DNA of 44,678 nucleotides, counting the filler, from Jimgerdemannia flammicorona (taxonomy: Eukaryota), in the NCBI GenBank assembly GCA_003990765.1. It is 2 parts of 2 records of this genome, joined end to end, with 100 filler letters (N's around TTAATTAATTAA, not from the genome) between each part and the next. Parts side by side here need not be neighbours in the genome. Positions count along the whole stretch, not along the records: positions 1 to 22,294 come from RBNJ01001310.1; positions 22,395 to 44,678 come from RBNJ01001311.1. One strand, 5' to 3'. Both the position numbers and the translations under genes were made by a program. Each line of letters opens with the position of its first letter. The first letter of the stretch is position 1. Positions 11,785 through 25,300 of the stretch are shown here, in pieces. Under the pieces are notes generated by a model. The model was not told where the DNA came from. It was given only the letters and a program-made list of their open reading frames with translations, and did not search any database.

Positions 11785-14700
11785 CACTCAGGCAGTTCCA
11801 TCTCTGATAAGCCGACCTCCCACAAAACCCTGCTGTTCTTCACCCAGCACCTGTTGAGCCACCTTCTGCAGCCTTGCAACAATTACTTTTGTCACCAACT
11901 TCCAGTCTATATTCAAAAGCATGATTGGCCTCCAATTCTTCCAGTCCTCTCACCTGCTCTTATCCTTATATAGTAAGGCTACCAACTCCAAATCCTGCTC
12001 TCCAACCCACTCACCATGCAGGAGAACATGGTCACAAAGGGCAGCCATCTCACCTAGCATTCCAGGGACCTTTGCCATTCTCCTTCAGAAGTCCCAAGGT
12101 AAACCATCCTCCCCAGACACTGTCCCAAGGTTAGTAGCAGCAAGGACCCTCTGGATCTCCTCCTCTTGGACTGATAAGATCAAGTCACCCATGCACTCTA
12201 TCTGCAGCAGTATCTACTCCTCTAGTGTAATTCCAATTGCCTCTGCATCCACACCCTCTTCTTCCTCACTCCACAGACCCCACCATCACTCCTTCAATAC
12301 CCCCAAGATCTGTTGTATGCTATGGACCAAATCCCCCTTGGCATCATAGACCCCATTCCACCGATGTCACACCCTCCTAGCTATGAGAAGCCTAGTCAAA
12401 TACCTAGTAGACCTCTCTCTCTCCTCCAACCCCTGCCACCATAGCCTGGCAGCCATCTCTTGCATATGGATCTCCTCCTCCTCCCGCAACACCTGCTGTA
12501 GCTCCACAGCCTCCAATCTCACCCTCTCAAGCCTCCAATCCTCCACCTCATCAGAGTCCAGCAAATCCACCCATTCCATCTACAATCTCATCAGCCTATT
12601 AGAAGCACACCATATGCACTTCCTCTGCTATCTTCCAGCCTCTACCAGCGCCTCCCCAATAGGCCCTTGCAGCCTCTTTTAACCTCACACACCAGGCATC
12701 TACAGACAGACCCTCATGTCTCCAGATAGGAACCTTCTCCTGAATGTCCACCACCCATGAGTCCCACAACTCCTTCTCAACCAGCAGGGAGGAGATAAGG
12801 TGCCAATGTCTGGGTCCATCTCCACTCCCCCCAAACTGCCCCTGCCCTAACAATCCCCAGTGATCAGACCACAGATACCACACAACCTCCAAAGACTTCC
12901 AGACATCAGCACTCCAATATTTGGCCATCAAAATTTAGTCAATCCTCATGTCCAATCCATTTACTCAATGGGTGTAGACCCTGGTGTCACCCCACTATAC
13001 TTGGCCCATATCTCCCAAGGAGCTAAGGTTTTCTACCTCCTCCCATACATCCAGTCCACCACTTCTCCCACCAGCATTCCTCCCTCCATCAGTTCTATCC
13101 AGTCATAGATCTCGAATCATATTAAAATCACCACCAAGAACATTGACACCTTCCTTCAAGAGAGGACCCTCCTCCAGTAGCTCTCTGATCCATGCAATCC
13201 TCTTGCCCCTAGCAGCTGGACAGTAGCAAGAGCCCACCCTCATCAATTCCCACCCCAGCCTATTCCATTCTCCCCAGACCAAGCAATCCCCCCAGTTCCT
13301 GATTTCCCCCAAATCCCCTCTACCCTTCTTCACCAGAATTGCCACCTTTCCAAACAAAGCAGTAGCCCCACCCCATTCCTAGTCCACTTCACCCTATCAT
13401 CCTTATCCTCACACCATACATTCTGCAGTAAAATGAGATCAGCCTCCAATCCCTTGAGCCAAGTAAAAATGTTCTTACACCACCCAGAACCCCAGAGCCC
13501 ATTCATATTAAGTGAGAAAATGTTAGTTATACTGTTCATAAGGAATACTGTTATATATCAAACTCATCCTCTATAACTCCATGTTTAAGTCCTCCTGTGC
13601 CAAGTCCAAGACATGCTCTGCAGCCAATTCCCACTTCTCAGCTTTCTGTGCCTCCAATCCCCCCAGAAGTTCAACCATTGGCCCATCCTCTTTCTCCTCA
13701 AAGTCCTCATGATACTCCAGACAGGCCTCTTGCCATAGCTGCAAACCATGATGCTCAGCCCAACAATAGGTTGGCTGTTCACCAGTGACAACCACCAGCT
13801 CTGCCTTCCTCACCTCATCAACCTCATATCCCTCCTTTTCCAGGAAACTCGTAAGAATCTCCCCCTTCAGCACCCCCTCCATTCCATTACCTCACAGAAT
13901 ACTTGCTCAATGCTCCTCAGGTATGGCTTGTAGGTCCACTTCTCCCAATGCCTCTACTGCCAGGTTATCCCTCAACTTGCTCATCTACAGTAGGTTCCCC
14001 ACCTCCTTCCCCTCAGGAGTCCCAGACCACCCTATATCCAGCATCGCAGTATCAGCTCCTACACTAGCAGCCTCATCCCACTCCTCCTCTGGGATATCCA
14101 CTAGCTCATCCTCACCAACTACCACCACCTGGCCCCCCTTTGTTACATCCGGGACCCCAAAGTGAACATGCTGGGCCCCCTGCATCGGCACATCCTCCAC
14201 TGCTCCTTGCCTCCCAACTGGGCCCCTCCTAATAAGTGGGGGGGGAGTGCCATCCAATTCCTGCTCCCACACCTCAAAAATACCATCAGCATATGAATTC
14301 TTGGCCAGCATCTTCCCAGCTTCATCCACATTTGCCTCCACCTCCTCAACTCCCTTGCCAGCCCAGACACTGGCCTCAACGCCTCCAGTCTCCTTGGCTC
14401 CAGCCAACTTCTTCTTCACTCCTCCTATCATACTCACCAACAACTCCCTCTGCCTCCTGCGCCCCTGGGCCCACTCCCACTGTTTCTTATCAGTATGGAT
14501 ATATTCCCATCCACAACCTCCAGATGCATCAACTTCTCATTTCTCTTCCAGGCATTCGCCCTCCTCTCCACAGCTCCACCCAACTCCTCCAGAACCTCCA
14601 GCAAGTCCTCCTCCTCCTCATCACTCCCTTTTACCCTCAACACCTTACAGATGAAGGCCCCCCACATCAGCACTGAGAGCCAGTCACTCACCTTCCCTAT

Positions 14701-15685
14701 GGGCTCCTTACCCACTAGCTGAATCCTGATATTGACATCATCTATCCAGATCGTCATCCCCTCCCACACCTGAAAGCCAATGTCCACCACATCACCATAC
14801 TCCAACAATACCTCCTCCACCCTCTTCCTAGTCTCCTCCTTAGTTACTGTGGGCACCCCCCTAACCAGAAGCTGCACCACTCTGGGGTCCCACCTCAAGC
14901 ACCTCACCATGGGAACCACCACCTCCCCAACCACTACTCCAGTCTTCAGTGCCTCGTCCAGTGGGTCTGCCTCCTCAAAGCCCACCTCAACCCCCTCCAG
15001 ACCCTTCAAGAATCTCACCAAGGCTGCCCCAGCCACCTGCTTTGAAATAAGCCCCAGAACCATCCTCACTGTCACCACTAAGCCCTGAAAGCACAAGCTT
15101 GCTGCGAACTCCGAAATTGACTACTTGAGCAATGGAGCCACTGCCAGTCTCATTACACCATCCACCAGGTCCCCCTTCCACATTGGGAACCCCTGTCCCC
15201 CCTGGCCATCAGCTATCACATCTCTTTTTTTTTCTAGATTCGCTGTCATGTCTCCATCAACAGTCCCACCACCACCTCCAGCAGCTACTCCACTCCCTCT
15301 ACCTCCCACCAGCGAAGGCCCAGCACCCCCAGCATCCCCAACCTTCTGCTTCCCCTTCCCTTCTGCCCATCCATCACTGGTACCCATCAGCCAACCCCCA
15401 TTCCTCAGCATGTTCACAAAGCTCCTTCTCTGCTGCCCTCCAGCCCCCCCACCAGCACTGCCTCCACTGCCCACTCTGTCCTGCCCTCCTGAGCTACCCA
15501 AGGACCCCAACCCCAGCCCATACCCTCTCCTGACATGCTGCCAGTTGAAGGCCCCAGGTCCACCTGACCTAGTACATGTGTTGGCTTACTTGCTAGTCGA
15601 TATTGCCTTAATATCTTTCTCTAATAAATGATTTGAAAGTGTGTTGTAAAAGCATGTGTAATGTTAATTGTAGTGGAGAAAGATG
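11782..15685 (-). mobile_element. LINE-c: A-related copy on the minus strand, 5' intact, 3' truncated in early RT (ORF1 ~15603-13571, ORF2 from 13539)
   Basis: minus-strand CATCTTTCTCC... leader; LISKQVAGAALVRFLKGLEG; MNSITNIFSLN, GGDFN, WSDHW; ends at EQQGFVGGRLIRDGTA. Confidence 0.9.
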
Positions 15686-18600
15686 TCAGAGGTAATTTAT
15701 GTTGGAGGACAGGAGTGCAAGGTGTGGTGAAGGAAAGGATCTGAACAAGAGGAGGAGGAATTGTTACTGGCACTAGAGGAGAGAGAGGCAGCAAAGGAAT
15801 TGTAGAAGAGGAGATAAGAGGAGTTTGCCAAGGACTATATCTGGATTCTGATAGATAGGAGGAGGAAGAGGTAGCAGAAGGTGAACTGGGAGTGCCTGCA
15901 GACAGTCCTCCAGAGTTCAAAAGTAGAAGAAGAAGTGAGGGCAGAGATAGCCAAGAGTCAGTTGGAGGGAGTAGAGACTGCTGAGGTGTCCTTTTCACAA
16001 CTGAGAGGTGTGGAGAACTCAGCTCATACACCAGTGAAAGGAAAGTGGGCTGATAAGGAGGGGGAAGGTGAAGGGGGTTTTGAGGATATCACTGAGATAA
16101 TACCAGAGACTCAGTTGGAGGATGTCCACATAGCAGGGGTGGTGAATGTCCATTGGGAATATCTGGAGGCAGACAAAGTAGTATGGCTAGAGAAGGGTGC
16201 TGAGGAGGATGATATGGTGAATATGTCCTCTGATGTTTTGGCAGACAGAGAGATGCTGCAGGAGTTGGATAGGACCCTGAGGCCTGCCACCCCTGGACCT
16301 TGATAGCCGATGACTGATATCAGGCAGTGCTTGGGGAACTTGCAGAGGAGGATATCAAGGAAGTTGATATATTTAATGGATCTCAAGAGGCTTGGGAGAG
16401 ATTCCTCAATATTGCAATATAGGTGCCAAAGTTGGTAATGGTGATGGTGGTGACACTTCTGGATAATGAAGGGTATGAGGTAGATGAGAACTGAATGGCC
16501 AATATTAGGAAAGTGGAATCTGAGCATGTGGATGTCTTCTGCAGTGTAAACAGTGCTCATATTTGGAGGGCTATCTGTAAGGAAGGAAAGGAAATAATCT
16601 GTGCTCAGACTGAGAAGGTGGTGGCAATTCCTATGGAACTTTAACATTTTTATTTTTGGTAATGAACAGTCTATATATCTTATCATTAAATATCAATGGT
16701 CTGTATGATGGAGTGAAGCAAAGGCATCTGTTTCATTGGCTAAAGGTCATGAAGTATGATGTGGTATTTCTTCAGGATGTGCAAGTCTATGGTGAGCAGG
16801 ATTATGAGGAATGGAGCAGGGAATGGTATGGCAGTATAGGTTGGAATGGGCAGGTAGACATCCTGGTTGATTTGGGAAGAGGTGAGCTGGTAGAGGTTGA
16901 GGTTTATGGGAATTGATTGATTTGGGGGAAATTGAAAGGAGGAGCTAGAGATGGGTTGATTGTAGGCTCTACTTATCTGCTGGTAGTTGGCAGAGAGCAA
17001 AACCAATGGGTGGAGGGCTGGCTGACTTGGAGAGACCAATAGGGGGTTGGGCTGAATATTCTGGGGGGGGACTTTAATATAGTATATAATAGGACATTAG
17101 TTAGGTCAGATGGTGGGATTGGTGTGGCAGTTTCAGTGAGGCTCTCATGATGGCTTCAGGTTGGGAGGGATATGGGATTGGTTGATGGGGTATGATGATA
17201 TTAGAGAGAGAGGCCAGGGCCCTTTACTAGGTGGCACCCTATTGGGGAGGGCTTGGTTGAGACAAGGATCAATTGGATTCTGGTAATAGAATACTGGGGC
17301 AATGTATTGGATAGAGCAAAATTACAGTGGTGTCCTTGGTCAGACCACTAGAGAGTAGAGGTATATGGAAGATTTCAGACAGTTGGTGAGAGTAGAGGTT
17401 GCTGGCATATCAATGTGGCTCTACTACAAATAAAGGTTGAGCAGGAATATTTTGTGCAAATTGCAAGACAGGAAGTGATGCAGTGGAAGAATGGTAGACA
17501 GCCAATTAAGCAGTGGTGGGGTAAATTTAAACATTTGGCAGGTGCCTATTGACATGATGTAGGGGAGGTTGCTGGAAGAGAGCAGAAGAATAAAGAGAGG
17601 AGGGTTGAGTAAGGGCTATAATGGTGGCTGACAATGTTGGAAGGGGAGAACTTATCAAGATTGCAATGCTCCCAGTTGGCCAAGGAGGTGGCTGAGTTGA
17701 AGTGGGATATAAAGGCTACTGAGGATAGAGTAGTAGATGGTCTGTTGGTGAGACTGCAGGCAAGGTGGCTGGAATAAGAAGAGTGGCCCACTAAATATTT
17801 ATCTGAAATTCTGAAAGCCAGGAAGGTGTGACACAGCTGGGCTTCAGTGTTGCAAGAATGTTACTGGAATTGCTGATATGCTGGGAGAGGTCACTGGACA
17901 ATGGCATGCTCTCTGGCAAGATGATGGAGGGCCAGTGGGGGGAGAGATGTTACAGGAGGATAATGATAATTTGGTGGGCAGCTGGCCAGTGGAGGCAGGA
18001 CCTGAGATAGGTAGGGCAGTGATGGGCCCAGTGGCCCTTGAAGAGGTGTTGGAGGTGCTGAGGAATGTGCAGGCTGATTCATTACTGGGAGAGGATGGAT
18101 GGACTGCCTTGGGAATTCTGGAAGGAATTCCAGGTTGAGTTTGGTGGATAGTTAGTCAAAATGGCAAACTTTGTATTGAGAGAAGGCTGCTGGATTGGCA
18201 ATGGTTTCTTAGGGTTGGTCTCTCTACTATATAAAGAGAAGGGGGATTGGTACATATGGCAGAATTGGCAGCCTATCATGTTACTGAATGTGGACAGGAA
18301 GTTGGTGTCCCAAATTCTGGCTGGGAGGATACAGTAGTGGATTGGCCAATTGGTGGCTGAGGACCAGCAAGATTTTGTGAAGGAGAGGCAGATTTGAGAT
18401 AGTACTGCCTGAGTGCAAAATGTTTTGGAGGGCTGTAGTAGCTGGCAAGTGGATAGGTGAATGGTCTTCTTAGATCAAGAGAAGGCATATGACAAGATGT
18501 AGTGGAACTATTTAGAGGCAGTATTGTGGTAAGTAGGATTTGGTACAGTGGTGGCTCAAAGATTGATGGGCCTGGTGCAAGGCTGCCAAGCAGCAGTATT

Positions 18601-20395
18601 GATGAATAAGTAGTGTGGCCCAGAGTTCACCTTGGGGAGGGGTATACTACAGGGGGATTCTTTTTCTTCACTGCTCTATATTTTGTCCTTGGAGCCTTTG
18701 TTGGCTTGGCTTAAGAGAAGGCTGACTGGGTTACAGATAGGGGATGTGGTCTAGAAGTTGGGGGCCTTTGCTGATGATATAATGGTTGGATTAGATTGTA
18801 TGACAGATGTTAGTAGTCTGCAGGAAGGGGTGGGACAGTATGAGAGACTAGTAGGGGCAAAGTTGAATTGGGGCAAGTACAAGACAATGGAGCTTAGAGC
18901 TGGTCTGGGAGAAAATGGATGTTTTGGATGAACAGTGGGTATAGAAAAAGCAGTTCAATGTTTGAGTATATGGTTTTCAGTATATGGGACAGTGCTGCTG
19001 AAGGAATGGTGGTGTGGCATGATACAAAGTAAAAGAATACATTGAAGGATTGGTCAGAGAGGGGTTTCTCCTTAGTTGGAAGGGTTATAGTATTGAATGT
19101 ATACTGGCTGCCTAAGTTGTAGTATTTAGGATACAATCTGGACTTTTCTGGATAGGTGGTAAGGAGATTGAAGAAAGCAGTAGAAGATTGGCTGTGGTAA
19201 GGGAGACAGCCACAGATTAGTTGAGAGATGGTGGTGATGTAGACAATAGATGGGAGCTAGGGCTGGTGGACTTTAGGAGGCAGTTGAAGGTGCTCAGAGG
19301 CTGGTGGAGTTGTTGATTGGCAGAATTAGGAGTGGATGGTGGGGGCAGACTAGCTATGGACAATTGGGGGGTCAGGTTCTACCCCTATAGAGAGATTTGG
19401 AAGGATATGCAAGGTTTGCTTCAGGTGGGAAGGGTCAGCAGACTGCATTACAAGGGGTTCTGGTGAGGCTTGACTGGTAATGAGACTTACAGGATTAGGG
19501 CCAGGAGAAGGGGAGGACTCTGAGCAACAATGGTAGCAGCTTGGAGATCTTCATATTGGTGGCCACTGGTTGGCAGAGTACTCTCTGTCTGGAGTGATGG
19601 AATGGACCAGGATAGGCCCACTTGAGAGATGGTTGGTTGGTTGGCAGAAGGTGGGGTTCAGTAAATACTGGGAGTGGGGTCAGGTCTGGAGTTGGGGGGC
19701 CACTCTGCTCAAGGTTGTACTGCCAAAATATTGGGTTGTATAGTAGAGATTCTTGAGAAGAAATGTGATACTGGAGTACCAGACAGGATGGATGGAGGTA
19801 GTGGGTGATAGGGAATATGAGTGGTGTTATGAGATAGATAGCAGTGTGGTTTAGACTCGAAAGCATATCTTGGCTGTATGTCCAGGGGTATAGGGGTACT
19901 GGCAGATATTGGAAGGTTATTGGGAGTATGAGGGTAGACAGTCAGATGGTCCCACTAGTCAGGTGGTCAAGCAGCAGCTGGTGGGAGAGACTGGAAATGT
20001 CTGGGGTGGCCTGGGCCATATTCTTGGCATCTGGGTCCTAATGACAGTACACAGGTAATGGGTGTTTGAGGGAGATCCATAGATGGGGATTAGTGAATTA
20101 GTAGAGCAGTGGAGGTGGTTACTTTAGGAAGTTGTGCAAGGGTAGTGGTTTCAGGAGAAGAGACACCAGTTAGGGGTCTTGGGAAAGGTACTGGACATTG
20201 TACTGAGGAGTCAAGGGCACTTGGTGCTTGACAATTGAGAAGTATAGTGGAAGAAAAGTATAGGCTGATGGATCTTTCTGATCTTCTCTGTAAATAACTT
20301 AGTACCAGTTGGGGTGTGGGATTCATTGCTGTATTAGATTCTAGGTAATAAAGGAGTCTAAGAGACTATAAAAAAAAAAAAAAAAAAAAAAAAAA
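15686..20395 (+). mobile_element. LINE-d: divergent subfamily C, begins mid-ORF1; ORF2 16662-~20345; poly(A) 20370-20395
   Basis: KGSEQEEEELLLALE ORF1 remnant; MNSLYILSLNINGL, FLQDV, GGDFN, DQEKAYD, QGD, FADD; AATAAA then tail. Confidence 0.9.
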
Positions 20396-22294
20396 GTTAT
20401 GCAGATATCAGAAATTGACACATTGGTTTTTCTGGTTATCTCAACCATTCATATTTATCTTTCTCGACTCAACTAGCAGTTCAACTAGAAACTCAATTTC
20501 ATAGAATAATTATAATCAACCTAAGGCCACAATTACCATTAAACATTACTTTATGTCAGCCATATCTACTCTCCAACCTTCTCAATGATGTCACTATCAA
20601 CTTTGCCAGAAGTAATTAATTTTTTTTTAACTATTCTTCATTAATAAAAAGGGGGGTTGCTGGGGTTCTTCTCCAAATCACAATTCAATATTTCTTTTCA
20701 CCCACTGTCTCTATCAGATGTATGCCCCTATCAGGTGCATGCCCTTGAAGCCTTCAACCTCTTAGATACTTGTGTCTGTATTGTCTTTTTTGCTGGCATT
20801 ACTATCTTACTCATCCTTCCTAACTCAGACCCTGGTCATTAAGCTTCAACCCATTGGACCCTTAGTATTGAAGTTATATAGATCACTACTGATATTACTG
20901 ATGGAAAGAGTTGATGCTACAGAAAGATAGTATGTAATAGAAACCAAAGCTCATTTATGAGACAATGGTGCTATACTCATATTATGTAGTTAATATAGTA
21001 AACTTTACCCTGAGTCTATAAAGGGCCATCATACCAAGACATCTGGCTTATAGTTTTCATTATCCAACCTCTCTACATCCAGATGCATACCATTATGTCA
21101 TAGCAAGTAGATCAAAGAGACGGATGATTCTGACAATCCAGTCAGTACCTATGCCATAAAGGTCAATATAGTTAATAAGAAGAAATAATATCAAGGAGGA
21201 TTTTATGATCAAGAGAAACTTGCTGCCTATTGGGGGATATAGCAGGAGTACAGCTTCTTTGGAGACTTCTATGAGACAAACAACATATTCATTAAGAGCA
21301 ATAAAATATCCTCTGGAGAAACAATGACAGAGTGACAAGCTCCAGGAGTATTGCAGAAGAAGGGACTGTGAGGAGGACATGAACATCAAGAGTAATGAGG
21401 ATCATGATGAGCACAACCATGATAAAGGAGATCTTGAGACCACAGGATGGCAGAGAAGCCAGCAGCTGATCAGCAAATTAGTCATCAAGATGGGCAATAG
21501 AGATAAGATGATGCACAGGTGCTGCCTGGAGGGCAGTGACCCATACAATAATGAGAATGAGCCTACTACATTGCCAGACCCAGTATCAGATTGCCTACAT
21601 ATATCTTGCAAACCAGTTATAGTCTGTACCCATAACTCAAGATCAATTACAATAATTTTTGCTGTAACAGAGCCACAGGCCAATGGGTACAGATAAGGAG
21701 ATATTGATATTATCATATAAGTAGTTGTGTATGAGCAGAGATACTTCCAAGATGGCTAATGATGGTGAGAGTGAGGAGGGTATAAATGGTAAAAAATGGA
21801 ATCAAGGCTAGTGAGGAGCAAGAAAAGCACAAAGCAATGTATTAACTACTTCTTGGTCACAGATGTAAGCTTGAGGAGTCTACATCATAATAGAGGACAG
21901 TAAGTACTTTATACCTGTAGTTTGGATCTTATCATGCACATTATAATATTCAACCAAGTTGGCTAGTTAGACAATTATATCTAATATAGTCATCCTACTA
22001 CTACTATATCTAGAGATATATACTTATTTCCAGATAACTTCACTAAGGGGTATACTGTTCTATAGTAAGTTCTCTTTTTGGATTGGTTTTATTTATTTAT
22101 TTTATTTGTATATAATTTTATAAGAGGTGAAGAAGATTCAGTACTCACACCAAAGTTATATATCTGTCTTTAGTAATAAGTAAGAATTTTCTGGCATTCA
22201 CTTTAGCCTATAGCTGCTTGATGGAGGTGACTATTTGAGAAAGCAAAAGCTTGGCTATTATTGATGAAATCAATAGTGAGTTTCATAAGTACAA

Positions 22295-22394
22295 NNNNNN
22301 NNNNNNNNNNNNNNNNNNNNNNNNNNNNNNNNNNNNNNTTAATTAATTAANNNNNNNNNNNNNNNNNNNNNNNNNNNNNNNNNNNNNNNNNNNN
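22295..22394. other. assembly gap with artificial TTAATTAATTAA six-frame-stop linker
   Basis: 44 N, TTAATTAATTAA (22339-22350), 44 N. Confidence 0.95.
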
Positions 22395-25300
22395 CTCCAG
22401 TAATATTCAGGTTATACAATCTTTTGGCAATACTTTCAATATAGTTTCTAGAGAAAAGCTACTAGTATCATAGTAACTAATAAGTATTCCAAGGTACATA
22501 TTAGGCAGGGTGGCTTAGGTATATTCAACTGGCAGTATATAGAGAGGGGCTCTAGCTTGAGGGGAAGCATGAGGGGCCTGCTGGCAGGTGGATATGTATG
22601 ATAGGAGAGAGAGCAGTACTGGAGGTCAGAGAATAGGAAAGGTAAGCTTTGCAGACAAGGTGAAGAGAGATCAGCAGGGAGTTGGGCTGGAGAGCTGGCT
22701 TAGAAGAGATAAGAAGACAGCAAAGACTACAGGGCAGTAGCCTCAAGAGGGAGTCTCTCTGGGGGGCCAGAGTAGTGAGGCTGGTAGTATAGAGGCTGAG
22801 GGAGTGACTGCTGATATATAAGAGTATGATAGGTGATCAGAAAAAAATCTAGATGGGACTGCTGATGGTGGACCAAACAGTGAGAAAGGTATGAGGCCTA
22901 GTAATCTGGCAGATGGTATAATAGGACTGGCAGTGGCATTGTTACTCAAGAAGTCAATCTTGGAGTTTGCAGTCATCTTATATTTCTGGGGCTTAGCAGT
23001 AATAGTGAAAATAGTCCTAGGGCTAATTGCTAAGCAGGTGGCTAGAGTAGTGTCTATGAAGTTCCTGAAGGGACTGGAAGGAGTAGAGGTTGGCTTTGAG
23101 GAGGTTGGACCATTGGAGGAGGCTCTGAAGGTAGAGTTGACAGTTAGAGAGGTGTGTGTTCCAATGGTACATTGCTTGAGGTAAGACCCCAGAGTGGTGC
23201 AATTGCTGGTGAAGAGGGTACCTATAGTGACTGCTGAGAAGACAAGGAGGAGAGTTGTGGAAGTTATAGCTGAGTATAGCAAGGTAGTTAATGTTGGGTT
23301 CTGGGTCTGAGAGATATTGATGTTTAAATTCAGTTAGCAAAGAAGAAAGCTACTGGAAAGACTAGGGACTGGCCTTTGGTAATAGTCTGAGAGGCTTTCT
23401 TGTATAAGGTGATGAGAGTAAAGGAGAGTAAGGAGGAGGAAGAGAATCTGCTAGAGATACTGGAAGAGCTGAGCAGTGCTGTAGAGCAGAGAGCAAAGAC
23501 TTGGAAGGCTTATATCAAGTTGATATATTTGGAAGTAGTAGATAGAAAGAGGATTTAAGTAGATAAGAGGTGGTGGGAAAGATCTCAAGGATATAAGAGA
23601 TAGAGAGAGTTGTTGGTGAAACTAGAAAGTAGGGCAAAGAAGGATGCTGGTAGTATTGAAATCATGAGGGGAGCTAAGGAGAGTATCTGGGCCAGTAAAG
23701 ATAGAGAGAATGCAGAGAAGGGGCCAGGAGGTAAAGAGAAATGACCCTTATACAGATGGCACCTTTGAGGTCTGGAAGCTATCCCTGATCTCTACACCAC
23801 TTATTAGATGAGATCCAGCTTCAAGGGGCAGGGTAGTGGAGGATATATCCATGTGGAGAGCCCAGAGGGTACACTTTGGAGTTCTGAAGGTAGTAAAGGG
23901 GGAGCAGATAGTAGTAGTGGGTGAGAATAAACTAGTGGATACTCAGGAGGAGGAGTGGGATGAGGCTGTAAGTACAGGGGCTGATATCTCAATGCTGGAT
24001 AGAGAGTGGCCAGCAACTCCTGAGGGGAAGAAGGTGAAAAATCTGCTATAGATATGCAAGATGATGAACAACTTTACAGTGGAGGAATTGGGAGAGGTGG
24101 ATCTGTGAGTGATGAGTGACAAGTATTGGGCATATATTCTGTATAGAGAGAGAGTGGTGGAGGTACTGAAGATAGAGATTCTTGTAGTTTTCCTAGAGAA
24201 GAAAGGATATGAGGTTGACAAAAAGAGAGAGACTGGGCTGGCAGTTGCTGCTGATAAGAGGGCTGCTTTCTGTTGGGCAGAGCAGCATGGGTTACAGCTC
24301 AGGCAGGAGGCCTGTCTAGAATATTATGAGAAATTTAAGGAGAAGAAGGATGGAGAGCTCACTGAACTTCTGGTGGAACTGGAGGCTCAGAGGACTGAAG
24401 AGGAGGTGGAAGCTGCAGAATATGATCTGGACCTGACTTAGGAGGAGATGAACATAGAGCAATAGAGGATATGATTACTATTATACATTATTCCTTATGA
24501 ACAGTATAACTAATATTTTCTCTTTAAATGTAAATAGGCTCTGGGGTTCATTTCATTAACAGAATATTTTTTCTTGGCTGAAGGGATTGGAGGCTAATCT
24601 CTTTCTTTTGCAGGATATCAGGTGCAAGGATGATTTGAATAAACTAGAATAGACAAAAGAATGAAGAGAGAAAGCGGTTTAGAAGGGCAAGGTTGGGATT
24701 CTGGTCAGAAAAGACAGAGGAGAGATATGGAATATGCAGAACTGGAGAGACAGGCTGGTCTGGGGCAAGTGGATTTGCACTGAGTGAGAACTGGTTATAG
24801 TTAGATCCTGCTACTATCCTGTAGTGAGGAGTGAATAGGTAGAGTGGGTGAAGGGTCTCTGGGAGGAAGAGACTCTGATAGGGGCTGTAGTGGACATGCT
24901 TGGTAGAGACTTTAATATAGTCAAAGATATACTGTTAGATAGAACTGATGGAGGATGGGGAGTAGAGAGAAGGAGTGGAGATTTGGAGATATAGGAGGAG
25001 GTAGAGACTGAGTACTTTGGTGGATGCTAGCAGGGAGCTATGAGGTAACAGAAGGATATATACTCATTAGACAAGTGGCCTGAAAATGAGGATCAATTGG
25101 ATTTTGACTGCAGACTGCTGGGGTCTGGATATTTGGAGGTCTCTGAAAATGGAATGGTATCTATGGTCTAATCATTGAGGACTGCTGGGTCAGGGACATT
25201 TTGGGGGAAGTAGGGATGGATCAGAACATTGGTGCCTCAACTCCTCCTTGGTGGACAACAAGGTACTATGGGACAGATGGATTGAGAATATTTTTGGCAG

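Noticed and set aside
22235..22290. LAIIDEINS as a Walker B motif of a Pif1/Helitron helicase
   Set aside because: isolated short match with no Walker A or other helicase motifs visible
22339..22350. TTAATTAATTAA palindrome
   Set aside because: centred in a 100-bp N gap; an artificial scaffold linker. Adjacency across the gap is unverified.
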